A DNA stretch of 64,000 nt from an uncultured Clostridia bacterium (GCA_944372465.1 CALVZG010000031.1:3410-67409), one strand, 5' to 3'; numbered from the stretch's first letter, positions 27,013-36,678 are shown. Notes: generated from the letters alone by a model not told the origin. Program-made: numbers and translations.

Positions 27013-28251
27013 ATGGAAATAAAAATACCTGATGATTTGAAAATATTAGCAAATATTTTGCCTGTCAATTTATATGTTGTTGGCGGATATATAAGAAATA
27101 TCATTATGGGATTAGATAATGAAGATATTGATATTTGTTCAAGTCTTACTCTTGAAGAACTTGAAAAATGCTTAAAAAACACTACATACAAATTAAAAAT
27201 AAAAAGCAAAGCATTAGGTAGTGCTGAAGTTTTATCAAATGGTGTAGGTTATGAGTATACCTGCTTTAGAAAGGATATTTATCCAAATAATGGAAGTCAT
27301 ATGCCAGAAAAAGTGATATTTATTAAAGATGTAAAAGAAGATGCGAAGCGAAGGGATTTTACTTGTAATGCACTATATTATGATATTAAAAATGATAAAT
27401 TGCTTGATTTTTATAATGGAATAGAAGACATAAACAAAAAGATAATAAGAACGGTTGAAACTCCAGAAGAAGTCCTTTCTCATGACGGGGTAAGACTTTT
27501 AAGAATGTTTAGATTTGAATGTGAACTTAATTTTAAAATAGATAAACATACATATCAAGTTGCTTTAGAAAATAGAAATAATCTTCGAGATATATCTGGA
27601 GAAAGATTGATATATGAAATTACCCGAATTTTACATAGCCCACAAAAATATAAAGGGTACACAAAGCAAAATGCCTATATGAAAGCATTAAAACAATTTA
27701 ATAGAGAAAAATTGTGGCAAAATTTTGGCATTGATTGTCCTAAAATTAAGTTTAATATGGTGAAAAAAGTAGAGCATAAATCACAAGGTTTTTTGATAGA
27801 TGTTATAGACACAGTAAATCCTATTTCAATATCTTATTACCTAAACTTAATTTTAACTGAATCTTTTGGAATGAATAAAAAGATGACAGAACAATATATT
27901 AATATCTTATCGGGATACTATGAAGCGTTAAATCATCAACAAAACAAACCATATTTTTTCAAATATTTTAATAATTTTCCTAATATATATATGCTTTTAT
28001 CACATAAATCAAAATATTTAGCAAATAAATATCAATTTTTTTATAAATATATAATTTCACATAAAATAGTGGTATCAATAAAAGATTTAAAAATAACAGG
28101 AGAGGATATAAAAAAGAATTATCCAACAGTGAAAAGTAATAGATATAAACCTATATTAGAAAGTCTTTTAAGTGATATTTTTGATGGGAAGTTAAATAAT
28201 GAAAAAGAGGAACTTCTTGAAGCAGTGGAGTCTAAACTAAAATATTTATAA
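27013..28251 (+). CDS. cca: CCA tRNA nucleotidyltransferase / poly(A) polymerase-family protein
   Basis: 412 aa. Head-domain motifs LYVVGGYIRN...DIDI and RRDFTCNALYYD. Confidence 0.8.
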   Translation: MEIKIPDDLKILANILPVNLYVVGGYIRNIIMGLDNEDIDICSSLTLEELEKCLKNTTYKLKIKSKALGSAEVLSNGVGYEYTCFRKDIYPNNGSHMPEKVIFIKDVKEDAKRRDFTCNALYYDIKNDKLLDFYNGIEDINKKIIRTVETPEEVLSHDGVRLLRMFRFECELNFKIDKHTYQVALENRNNLRDISGERLIYEITRILHSPQKYKGYTKQNAYMKALKQFNREKLWQNFGIDCPKIKFNMVKKVEHKSQGFLIDVIDTVNPISISYYLNLILTESFGMNKKMTEQYINILSGYYEALNHQQNKPYFFKYFNNFPNIYMLLSHKSKYLANKYQFFYKYIISHKIVVSIKDLKITGEDIKKNYPTVKSNRYKPILESLLSDIFDGKLNNEKEELLEAVESKLKYL

Positions 28252-28271
28252 TTTTAAAAATATAGCAAAAA

Positions 28272-28299
28272 AATAATCCTTATTTTAGGATTATTTTTT
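28272..28299. terminator. bidirectional terminator
   Basis: Stem AATAATCCT / AGGATTATT with 6-nt loop and flanking A- and T-runs. Lies between convergent cca and the VanW-family gene. Confidence 0.65.
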
Positions 28300-29806
28300 A
28301 AATTATATTGAATTTTCTTTTTGCATTTTCCAATGTTTGTTTCGTTACTTTTTGAGGATTAATATATTTTACATTGCTTGCTGGTAGCGACATACCTTCT
28401 TCAAGAGAGGCACTACCTTCAACAATAATACCATTTTGTGGTTGATAATGGTCATGTCTAATTTTTTTTTCTTCTATAAGCTTGCCATCTTTATAATATT
28501 GCACATATCCTTTACTTTCATATCCCTCTTGTGGATACTTTACTCTATAATATTCACCTTTATAAAGAACTTTATCACTATATTTTCCATCTTTGTCGAC
28601 TATAATTTTATCTCCGCCATGAGGAATAACTTTAACAAGTTCTGACCTAGTTTTAATCTCTAAACCGTCGTCTAAAGGTTGACCATATATTTCTACTATG
28701 GCTTCACTATCGTTGCCATATGCCTTAATGTAAATAGGAGTATCAAGGTTGTTTTTAAAAACGAGGTCAGCATATCCTTCACTTACCATAGCATCAAAAG
28801 AGAGTGGGACATAAGAGGCAGGAAGAGAGTGGTGGTTGGCTTGCAAAATTTCTATATCTGCAAGTAGCAACGCATTATATAAAGTGGTAGATGCTTGACA
28901 AACACCGCCTCCAACTCCTGAAACATAACTACCATTAAAAATTATATAAGCATTTGAGTAACCGTTTTGACTAGTTCGTGGTCCTGTTACATTGTTGAAA
29001 GATATTTCTTGTTCAGGTTCAACAATCATACCATTAAAATTTGATAGTGCTAACTTTATATTAGACTTCCTATTTTCTGAAGATTTAGCATAATTTGTGC
29101 TAAATTTTGCTCTTAATTTAATATTTTCTAATAAATTCTCCAAATTTTCAGAAGGAGTGATTTCTTCAAAAGGGATATTGATGGTAACATCATCACCTTC
29201 TTGAAAAGCATCGTTAATTGCTTGCTCAAGGGCAGCCCTATCGACCTTTATACCATTTTGACTTTCAGAAAGAGAAAACATAGTTTGTGCATTAGGATTA
29301 AAAACTACAATAGATTTTATAGGCTCTTTTTCAATTTCTTTTATTATATCATCAATTTTTTCATCAACTCCACCTAAAAGATTTTGATAAGGAATGTTAA
29401 TTGAAAGCCCTTCATTTTTGATTTTGTTTTCTATCTTTTTCTTTTGAAATATATTTCCCTCTCTACCATAATTAATTATGTTATCAAGAGAATTGTCAAA
29501 ACTCCCTACAATTTCAAAATCGCTACCTTTAATTTCCCAACTATTATCTCCATTTTTTAAGGTTAATTTTATATTTTCGATATTATCAACTAGATTTTTA
29601 GAAAGTGCATCATTAGCCTCACTTTTAGTCATTCCAGAAACATCAACCCCATTTATATGAGTGTTTTGATAAAAAGTGGTTTTATCACTAATATTGTCGC
29701 CAAAATAAAATTGACAAAATAAAAGCAACAAAACGGCAATTATGCAAACAATAGATAGCCAAATGATTGATGATTTATTACTTTTAACCTGCTGTATAGT
29801 TTTCAA
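28298..29806 (-). CDS. VanW-family protein with C-terminal G5-like domain
   Basis: The track start at 29836 is a TTG without an SD. The TTG at 29806 is preceded by AAAGGAG 7 nt upstream (MKTIQQVKSNK...). N-terminal TM. VanW core GGGVCQASTTLYNALLLA...HHSLPASYVPLSFDA. Confidence 0.8.
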   Translation of the reverse strand: MKTIQQVKSNKSSIIWLSIVCIIAVLLLLFCQFYFGDNISDKTTFYQNTHINGVDVSGMTKSEANDALSKNLVDNIENIKLTLKNGDNSWEIKGSDFEIVGSFDNSLDNIINYGREGNIFQKKKIENKIKNEGLSINIPYQNLLGGVDEKIDDIIKEIEKEPIKSIVVFNPNAQTMFSLSESQNGIKVDRAALEQAINDAFQEGDDVTINIPFEEITPSENLENLLENIKLRAKFSTNYAKSSENRKSNIKLALSNFNGMIVEPEQEISFNNVTGPRTSQNGYSNAYIIFNGSYVSGVGGGVCQASTTLYNALLLADIEILQANHHSLPASYVPLSFDAMVSEGYADLVFKNNLDTPIYIKAYGNDSEAIVEIYGQPLDDGLEIKTRSELVKVIPHGGDKIIVDKDGKYSDKVLYKGEYYRVKYPQEGYESKGYVQYYKDGKLIEEKKIRHDHYQPQNGIIVEGSASLEEGMSLPASNVKYINPQKVTKQTLENAKRKFNII

Positions 29807-29915
29807 AATAATTCTCCTTTGACCTATTATTTGCAAATTGTAAAAAATATTACATAAATAAACTAAATTCTTAAGATTGCTGTATAATAATTAAAAATAA
29901 AACTTATAATAAACT

Positions 29916-30644
29916 ATGAATTTATCTTTAAGAAAGAAGATTTTAAGAAGTATTTTAGTAATAATGTTGATTGTGTTATTCTTAACTCTTTCATATTTTA
30001 TATTAGTTTGGACAGGATTATGGGAAAAATTTAATTCAGTAGAAAAATTAAGAAAATTTATATTAGATTTAGGGTTTTGGGGAAGGATAGCCTTTGTTTC
30101 ATTTCAATTTTTACAAGTAACCATTTTACCACTTCCATCACCAATATTAATCATAGCAGGTTCTTTAATTTATGGGCCATTTCAAGCAGGGCTATTATCA
30201 TTAGCAGGGATTCTTTTAGGAAGTGCCTTTGCCTTTTTCCTTGGTCGAGTATTTGGAGTAAAATTAGTATCTTTTATGATAGGAAAAGAAAGCCAAAAGA
30301 AATGGTCAAAATCTTTAAGTAATTGCAAGTATTCATATGTTATCATGATGCTTTTGCCGTGTTTTCCAGATGATATATTATGTTTAGTTGCTGGACTTAC
30401 AGATATGAGTTGGACATTTTTTATGGTAACTCAACTTATAGCGCGTCCAATAGGGATTTTTGCGGTTAGTTTCTTGTCTAGTGGAGAAGTAATACCATAC
30501 AGTGGTTGGGGACTTGCAGTGTGGGCAATAATAATAATAGTGTCTTTAATTTTAATATTTTTAGCAGGCAAATATAATAATGAAATTGAGAAGTTTATCA
30601 ATAAAATATTCAAAAAACAAAAAATAAAAAATAATAAACAATAA
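29916..30644 (+). CDS. TVP38/TMEM64 (DedA-related) family membrane protein
   Basis: 242 aa and polytopic. Motif FLQVTILPLPSPILIIAGSLIYGPFQAGLLSLAGILLGSAFAFFLGR. Confidence 0.75.
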   Translation: MNLSLRKKILRSILVIMLIVLFLTLSYFILVWTGLWEKFNSVEKLRKFILDLGFWGRIAFVSFQFLQVTILPLPSPILIIAGSLIYGPFQAGLLSLAGILLGSAFAFFLGRVFGVKLVSFMIGKESQKKWSKSLSNCKYSYVIMMLLPCFPDDILCLVAGLTDMSWTFFMVTQLIARPIGIFAVSFLSSGEVIPYSGWGLAVWAIIIIVSLILIFLAGKYNNEIEKFINKIFKKQKIKNNKQ

Positions 30645-30797
30645 GTAAAAATAAAAAAATTAATAAAATATTATATTATTTAAAAAATGATATAAAAAAT
30701 AATTAAATTAAACTTAAAAAATAAATGTAAAAATAAAAATATAATAAATTAATAGAAAATAAATAAAAAATCATTAATATAATTTTATTTATTTATT

Positions 30798-30956
30798 TTA
30801 TTTTTTTATAAAAATAATTTTACCTTTAGTTACCATTTTAGGACTTATATTGTTGTATATCAAAATTTTAATAGGTGAAATCTCATATTTTTGAGCAATA
30901 GTATCAATATTATCATTTTCTTTTACAATGTAGATTTGATTAAATTCTTTTTTCAT
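30798..30956 (-). CDS. small LysM-domain protein (52 aa), absent from the ORF track
   Basis: My own translation of the minus strand gives MKKEFNQIYIVKENDNIDTIAQKYEISPIKILIYNNISPKMVTKGKIIFIKK. AAGGAGG lies about 7 nt upstream of the ATG. It shows the LysM pattern (Y-x-V-x-x-x-D-x-x-x-x-I-A-x-K-Y...N). It is below the 60-aa track cut-off. Confidence 0.7.
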   Translation of the reverse strand: MKKEFNQIYIVKENDNIDTIAQKYEISPIKILIYNNISPKMVTKGKIIFIKK

Positions 30957-31017
30957 AAAATTCCTCCTTATAGTATTAAAATTTATTCAATTAAAATAAC
31001 ATATATGAGGAGATAGT

Positions 31018-32565
31018 ATGAAATCTTTATTTAAAACAGTAGCACTGATAACAATATTTTCTTTTCTTACAAGAGTGTCAGGCTTTATTTTTAGAATAAT
31101 TTTATCGCGAGTAGTAGGTGCAGAAGGCGTAGGACTATATCAAGTAGCCTCATCAGTATTTATGGTTCTTTTAACTGTGATTTCAAGTGGAATACCGTTG
31201 ATAATATCTAGAATGAGTGCTTCTTTTTCTACTAAAAAAGATAAAAAAAGTGAAGCATCTTTAATAAGCGTAGCATTGATTTATACTTTAACAATATCTT
31301 TATTTTTATGTTTAATTGTTTTGTTATTTAAAGGGCTTTTTGAAAATTTATTTACAGAGGAGCGATGTTATGAAATTTTGATAGTGTTATTGCCAAGTTT
31401 AATTTTTTCATCAGTTTATTGTGTTTTCAGAGGTGCTCTTTGGGGTAAAGGAAATTATTTTGCGTTATGTGTAAGCGAGTTTTACGAGCAGGTAGTAAGG
31501 ATTATATTAGGAGTTTTATTTATAGGTTCAAGTTTGTCTGCGATTGAAAATGCACTAAATTTAGGCTGGTCTATGACAATAGCCTGTTTACTTTCAATGA
31601 TATTTGTTATCCTTTTATATTTTAATTATGGTGGAAGACTTGGCAAAGCGAAAAAAAGTTTTTTAAAACCATTAATAAGGCAATCATCACCAATAACAAT
31701 AATGAGAGTAGCAGGTTCTTTTATACAACCATTAATTGCGTTAATAATTCCAGCAAGATTAATGGCAATAGGTTACACAAGCACACAAGCATTAAGTTTG
31801 TATGGTATAGCAGTAGGAATGACATTACCACTATTGTTTGTCCCAACAACAATAATAGGCTCACTTTCAACTGCACTTGTCCCAGATATTTCAAAAGCGG
31901 TAGCACAAAATGACCAAGAACATATAGAGTCAAGGATAAATAGTTCAATACAATTTTCTCTAATAATTTCAGCGTTGTTTGTACCAATTTTTTTAGGTAT
32001 GGGTGAAATGACAGGGTTGTTTTTATATGACAATATATTGAGTGGAACATTATTACAAGCGGCATCTTGGGTGTTAATCCCGTTAGGTCTTACAAATATC
32101 ACATCAGCACTATTAAATTCATTAGGTTATGAAAGTAGGTCATTTGTAAACTTTTTAATTGGTTCAATTGCAATGTTTATATGCCTTTGGACGCTTCCGA
32201 CTTTGGTAGGAATAAACTCAATAATATGGGCAATGGGGATAAATTATGTAATAACAGCAATTTTAAACATAATGCTTTTAAAGAAAAAGACAAAAGCAAA
32301 ATTTAAAATAACACAATCTTTAATAAAATTTATATTGATAATAATTCCATCAGCGGCATTAACAAGTTTTATTGTTAGTTTATCAAATTATGTATTCCCT
32401 TTATTTATTACTATGGTGATAGGTGGGGGTATTAGTGTTGTATCATTTATTCTTTTAGGCACAGTATTTAATTTAATAGATAGTAAGAAAGTATTAGAGT
32501 TATTGAGAAGGAAGTTAAAACTAGGGAAAAACAAAATAAAAACACAAACAAATGGTATAAAATAA
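31018..32565 (+). CDS. MOP-superfamily flippase, SpoVB / polysaccharide biosynthesis protein-like
   Basis: 515 aa with about 14 TM. N-terminus LITIFSFLTRVSGFIFRIILSRVVGAEGVGLYQ is typical of SpoVB/MurJ-like proteins. GAGGAG RBS. Confidence 0.75.
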   Translation: MKSLFKTVALITIFSFLTRVSGFIFRIILSRVVGAEGVGLYQVASSVFMVLLTVISSGIPLIISRMSASFSTKKDKKSEASLISVALIYTLTISLFLCLIVLLFKGLFENLFTEERCYEILIVLLPSLIFSSVYCVFRGALWGKGNYFALCVSEFYEQVVRIILGVLFIGSSLSAIENALNLGWSMTIACLLSMIFVILLYFNYGGRLGKAKKSFLKPLIRQSSPITIMRVAGSFIQPLIALIIPARLMAIGYTSTQALSLYGIAVGMTLPLLFVPTTIIGSLSTALVPDISKAVAQNDQEHIESRINSSIQFSLIISALFVPIFLGMGEMTGLFLYDNILSGTLLQAASWVLIPLGLTNITSALLNSLGYESRSFVNFLIGSIAMFICLWTLPTLVGINSIIWAMGINYVITAILNIMLLKKKTKAKFKITQSLIKFILIIIPSAALTSFIVSLSNYVFPLFITMVIGGGISVVSFILLGTVFNLIDSKKVLELLRRKLKLGKNKIKTQTNGIK

Positions 32566-32586
32566 ATAAAATGCACAAAATAAATT

Positions 32587-33309
32587 ATGCTTACAATAGT
32601 AATAAGGTCGATAATCATATATTTGATTGTCTTGTTAGTGTTTAGATTGATGGGGAAGAGGCAATTAGGGCAAATGCAACCATTTGAACTTGTCCTAACT
32701 TTAATTATTGCCGATTTGGCTACAATTCCGATGGCAGAGGTGTCTGTTCCTGTTTTACATGGTGTAGTACCACTTTTAACATTAGTGGTTTTGCATTTTT
32801 TATTAACATTGATTTGTCGCAGTAGTCAGCATTTAAGTAAAATTATAAGTGGAAAGCCAGTTATAATAGTTAATCCGAAAGGAATTGATTATCGAGCAAT
32901 GAAAAAGTTAAATCTATCTACAGATGATCTATTTGAAGCATTAAGAGCCTGTGGGTATTTTAGTATTTCTCAAGTACAATATGCGATAATGGAAACCAAT
33001 GGAAAAGTTAGCGTAATGCCGAAAGCATCTTCAGCACCTGTTACAAATTCAGATTTAAATACTGATGCTGTAGATAGTTTTTTACCATTAGTTCTTGTAA
33101 GTGAAGGAAAAGTAATTAAAGAAAATATATTATTAGCAGGAGTAAGTCAACAAGAAGTTCAAAAAATTATTAAAGAGAATAATAAAAATAAAAACATTTC
33201 TATAAAAGATGTACTTTTACTTACAGTAGATAAGACAGGAGAAGGGTATTTGCAAACGAAAAAAGGTGAGGGAATATCTTTTCAGACAAAAAGGTTGGTA
33301 GAGCAATGA
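32587..33309 (+). CDS. DUF421 (YetF-family) membrane protein
   Basis: 240 aa. N-terminus YLIVLLVFRLMGKRQLGQMQPFELVLTLIIADLA is the characteristic YetF/DUF421 opening. ATGA-coupled to the next gene. Confidence 0.8.
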   Translation: MLTIVIRSIIIYLIVLLVFRLMGKRQLGQMQPFELVLTLIIADLATIPMAEVSVPVLHGVVPLLTLVVLHFLLTLICRSSQHLSKIISGKPVIIVNPKGIDYRAMKKLNLSTDDLFEALRACGYFSISQVQYAIMETNGKVSVMPKASSAPVTNSDLNTDAVDSFLPLVLVSEGKVIKENILLAGVSQQEVQKIIKENNKNKNISIKDVLLLTVDKTGEGYLQTKKGEGISFQTKRLVEQ

Positions 33310-33701
33310 AATTTTTTCATTATATAAATTTTATTTTAATAGTTTTGCTTTTAATAGGTATTTGCGTATGTGAAGAGGTGATAGTATCAAATTCTCTTAA
33401 AGACATTCAATCAAAATGTTATGAAATAGAGAATGTTCTTTCTGAACTTGATGATTTAAAGAATATGAATATAACTATGAAAATCGATAATTTAGAATAT
33501 GTATGGACTGAAGATGAAAAAGCAATGTGTCTTTTAGTAAATCATAAAAATATACAAGAAATAGGACAAGAGATAGCAAAACTTAAATTATACATAGCAA
33601 GCAATGATATAGATGCCTTTAGGGTTTCTATTGAAGAAATTAAATTCTATTGTCATAGTTATCTTCATTTCATGGGGGCTAATTTACATAATGTTCTATA
33701 A
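33306..33701 (+). CDS. DUF4363-like small membrane-anchored protein
   Basis: 131 aa with an N-terminal TM, then a helical region. The DUF421-DUF4363 pairing is common in spore-formers. Assignment is by context and overall look only. Confidence 0.5.
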   Translation: MKFFHYINFILIVLLLIGICVCEEVIVSNSLKDIQSKCYEIENVLSELDDLKNMNITMKIDNLEYVWTEDEKAMCLLVNHKNIQEIGQEIAKLKLYIASNDIDAFRVSIEEIKFYCHSYLHFMGANLHNVL

Positions 33702-33716
33702 AATTAGATAAAAATA

Positions 33717-33796
33717 GGCACTTGAAATTTGCTAATCTAAAGATAGCAAATACAAGCTTTTCAGCTTGTAATGGCTTTCGCCATTATTCAAGTGCC
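33717..33796. other. 80-nt perfectly paired four-way junction (cloverleaf-topology) element
   Basis: Closing stem GGCACTTGAA (33717-26) / TTCAAGTGCC (33787-96). Arm 1 is ATTTGCTA/TAGCAAAT. Arm 2 is ACAAGC/GCTTGT. Arm 3 is AATGGC/GCCATT. That gives 30 Watson-Crick pairs with no G-U pair and only one unpaired junction base. Followed by ATTGTTTTTA. Confidence 0.6.
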
Positions 33797-33831
33797 ATTG
33801 TTTTTATCTAATTTTTAATATAAAGTCATAT

Positions 33832-34953
33832 TTACCAAACTTTTTCTTTTTTGTTTTTAAGTTTAGCAAAAACAATTACGAGTATAATTGCTAAAACGGC
33901 AAGAGCAATAATAATATAAACAATAATAAAATAGTTAAAATAGAATCCGGTTTTTACTTCAATTGAATCACTTGTAAGTGAAGTGTTAGAATTATTAGCC
34001 TTATAAACGCACCAAACTTGCCAAGTTCCAGAAATTTCATCATCATTAAATAAAAAGGTTTGTCCTGTTCTTTCATAACTATCATACAGATAATCGGCAC
34101 AATCAGAAAAACTTTCTTTTTCTAAATCTTCAGCACAAAGAGCATAAATTGTCCCATCCTCGCTTTCGCCTTTAACATACCAAGTAAGACAAGTGCTATC
34201 AATAAATTCATATTCATCAAAGTTTTCAAGATAGAATTGGAAAGAATCATGTAATGAATTAGGACTAGAAATAGTGTTATAAGAAATTTCTGGAGCATTA
34301 GCAATTTCACTAGTAGGGGTAATAGCATAATAATTTGAATAAGCGTCAGCCCCATTAATGTCAACAACAAATTGATAAATACCCCAACCGCTAATATTTA
34401 CAGAATTTCCACCAAAAATCCCATTAAGACCATCATCAATATCAAAAGAAAAGTTTAGATTAGAAAAATTGTTATAATTAGTAGTTTCTTGAGTTACATA
34501 CACATTTTCAAGAGTGATTGTTTCGTTGACTTCAAAAATATTGTTTTCAAGATATCCTTTAAGGAAACGAACAGATAAAGAAAGGACATAAGTTTCATTA
34601 TTATCAGGATTGTTAGGATTTAAAGGTGGGGGATTGTTTTCATCAACATTAAATGAAATAGTAAACTGTTCAGCATTCGACCATTCAATAGAATAGGCTT
34701 GCCCATCATAATAAGGTGTAGTTGTGTCTAGATTAATATCTTGATTATCTCTAGAAGTAATTTTTACATTAAAATTACCAGCCAAAGTATTTTGTGCTAG
34801 CAAGCCAGTATAAGATGTAGCAAAAGAATTTTTATTATAATTAAAGTCTTTATTATTTTCGCTATATAATAAATTAATAAAAAATGTTAAAAATATGCTC
34901 AAAAGTAATAATAAGGAAATAAAAATAACTCCATGTTTTTTAACTTTTGTCAT
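33832..34953 (-). CDS. hypothetical surface protein with N-terminal signal anchor and C-terminal TM
   Basis: I prefer the ATG at 34953 (MTKVKKHGVIFISLLLLL...), which has AAGGAG upstream. The track start is 34986. The sequence is N/Y/S/T-rich and beta-like. C-terminal TM FIIVYIIIALAVLAIILVIVF followed by KLKNKKEK. Confidence 0.55.
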   Translation of the reverse strand: MTKVKKHGVIFISLLLLLSIFLTFFINLLYSENNKDFNYNKNSFATSYTGLLAQNTLAGNFNVKITSRDNQDINLDTTTPYYDGQAYSIEWSNAEQFTISFNVDENNPPPLNPNNPDNNETYVLSLSVRFLKGYLENNIFEVNETITLENVYVTQETTNYNNFSNLNFSFDIDDGLNGIFGGNSVNISGWGIYQFVVDINGADAYSNYYAITPTSEIANAPEISYNTISSPNSLHDSFQFYLENFDEYEFIDSTCLTWYVKGESEDGTIYALCAEDLEKESFSDCADYLYDSYERTGQTFLFNDDEISGTWQVWCVYKANNSNTSLTSDSIEVKTGFYFNYFIIVYIIIALAVLAIILVIVFAKLKNKKEKVW

Positions 34954-35117
34954 AAATGTTCTCCTTTTATAAAAAAATGATAGCATAATATTAATTTTTT
35001 AAAAAATATTTTTTAAGAATTTATAAAATTTTTTTAAATATTAAAAAATCTTAAAAAGAAATAATAAACAATAAAAAATAATCAAAGAATAATAATAAAA
35101 AATAATCTGCAACATTG

Positions 35118-35146
35118 TTGACAAAATTAATCAAAAATTATATACT
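35118..35146 (+). promoter_or_regulatory. consensus-like promoter abutting the ATG of the GlmU-like gene
   Basis: TTGACA, 17 nt, then TATACT. The A of the ATG (35153) lies 7 nt after the -10. No SD. Confidence 0.5.
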
Positions 35147-35152
35147 AAAATT

Positions 35153-36013
35153 ATGGAAAAAGAAGATATAGATTTATTAGTAGCAGAAAATCAAATTTCA
35201 ATAGATTTTGACGCAATATCATCATATCAAGAAGAAGAAAGCATGATATTTCCTAAATCATTAATAAAGCCAATAAATACCGAATGGATAAAAAATGAAG
35301 TGCTTTTTGTGGTGGTAAAATCTTATCATGATGATGTAATAAAAAATATGCCAAGTTTAAAACTTTGTGGAAAAACTTTGCTAGATTGGGTGCTAAATGC
35401 TGGAAGTGGTTGCGAACAAAAGATTGTTGATGATTGTGAAAATATCATAGAAAGAATTAAAACAATTAACACTGACAAAAATATTATAGCGGTTTTTTAT
35501 AGTGATACTCCATTATTTGATAAAGCAACTTTTAACTATTTTTGCAATTATTTTTCTTCAAGAAATATGAATTTTTTAAAATTGTCGCGAGGATTTATTG
35601 TAAAGACGGAATTTTTAAGATATAGTCAAAGTATTGCTCAAGGAACACCACAACTTGATGACAAAAATTTAATGGTTGCAGATAGTGCTAAAAACTTAAA
35701 TTATATGAGCAATATTTTGTACAATAAAATATTAAATTATCACATAAAAAATGGTGTAATTATATTTGGTCAAAATACAGTTTTTATTGATGCAGATGTT
35801 GAGATAGAAAGCGGAGTTATAATTTATCCAAATAATGTAATTATGGGACAAAGTATATTATCAAATGATGTTGTTTTAGAAAGCGGTAATATTATAAAAG
35901 ATAGTATTATTTCAAGTGGTGCTATAATAAGAAATAGTTATATAGAAAAAAGTAAAATAGGGCAAGGCCAGATAATAGAGCCATTTAGCAAGATTATAGG
36001 ACAGGAGATTTAA
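35153..36013 (+). CDS. GlmU-like nucleotidyltransferase / left-handed beta-helix protein, short and degenerate
   Basis: 286 aa. The LKLCGKTLLDWV segment resembles the GlmU N-domain, but the G-x-G-T-R(M) loop is replaced by VVVKSYHDDVIKNM. The C-terminus has hexapeptide-repeat character (IESGVIIYPNNVIMGQSILSNDVVLESGNII...). It occupies the glmU position upstream of pth-mfd. Confidence 0.5.
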   Translation: MEKEDIDLLVAENQISIDFDAISSYQEEESMIFPKSLIKPINTEWIKNEVLFVVVKSYHDDVIKNMPSLKLCGKTLLDWVLNAGSGCEQKIVDDCENIIERIKTINTDKNIIAVFYSDTPLFDKATFNYFCNYFSSRNMNFLKLSRGFIVKTEFLRYSQSIAQGTPQLDDKNLMVADSAKNLNYMSNILYNKILNYHIKNGVIIFGQNTVFIDADVEIESGVIIYPNNVIMGQSILSNDVVLESGNIIKDSIISSGAIIRNSYIEKSKIGQGQIIEPFSKIIGQEI

Positions 36014-36014
36014 A

Positions 36015-36560
36015 ATGTTTATAATAATAGGACTAGGCAATATAGGTATACAATATCAAAATACCTTTCATAATCTTGGATTTAAAGTAATAGATAAAAT
36101 TTCCCAAAAACTTTCAATTAAATTAGATAAAAAGAAATATAAGGCATTAATAGGGCAAGGATATTATAATAATACTCCTATAATGCTAGTCAAACCAACT
36201 ACCTATATGAATAATAGTGGAGAATGTGCAGTTCTTTTAAAAAAGAGATTTAAAGATGCACGAATTATAGTGGCAGTGGACGATATAGATTTACCAAAAG
36301 GTAAAGTAAGATATAGAGAAAGAGGAAAATCAGGAACGCATAATGGACTTCGTTCATTAGTTGAATATATTGGTGAAGATTTTGAACGAGTAAAAATAGG
36401 TGCTGGGAGAGATACAAATAAAGACCTTGCCGATTATGTAATTTCTAATATAAAGATTGAAGACGAAAAACTTTTTGAAAACGCAATAGAAGAGGCAAGC
36501 AACTTAATACTTGAAATAATCAAAGAAAATAGAAAATTAAATTATATTAATAAAAAATAA
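36015..36560 (+). CDS. pth: peptidyl-tRNA hydrolase
   Basis: 181 aa. IIGLGNIG..YQNTFHNLGF and the GTHNGLRS motif. Confidence 0.9.
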   Translation: MFIIIGLGNIGIQYQNTFHNLGFKVIDKISQKLSIKLDKKKYKALIGQGYYNNTPIMLVKPTTYMNNSGECAVLLKKRFKDARIIVAVDDIDLPKGKVRYRERGKSGTHNGLRSLVEYIGEDFERVKIGAGRDTNKDLADYVISNIKIEDEKLFENAIEEASNLILEIIKENRKLNYINKK

Positions 36561-36678
36561 GGATAAAAAATTATAAATAATAAAAATGAAACCAAAAATA
36601 AATTATTATAAATTTTTTATCTAAATGTATTTTTTTTCATGATAAATAATTAAAGCGAGTATAAAAATTCAGGTGATT

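Noticed and set aside
33717-33796. tRNA or tRNA-like gene
   Set aside because: The topology is cloverleaf, but the arm and loop sizes are wrong for a tRNA (10-bp closing stem; 8/6/6-bp arms; 9/6/4-nt loops). There is no T-loop GTTCRA, no 7-nt anticodon loop and no discriminator-CCA.
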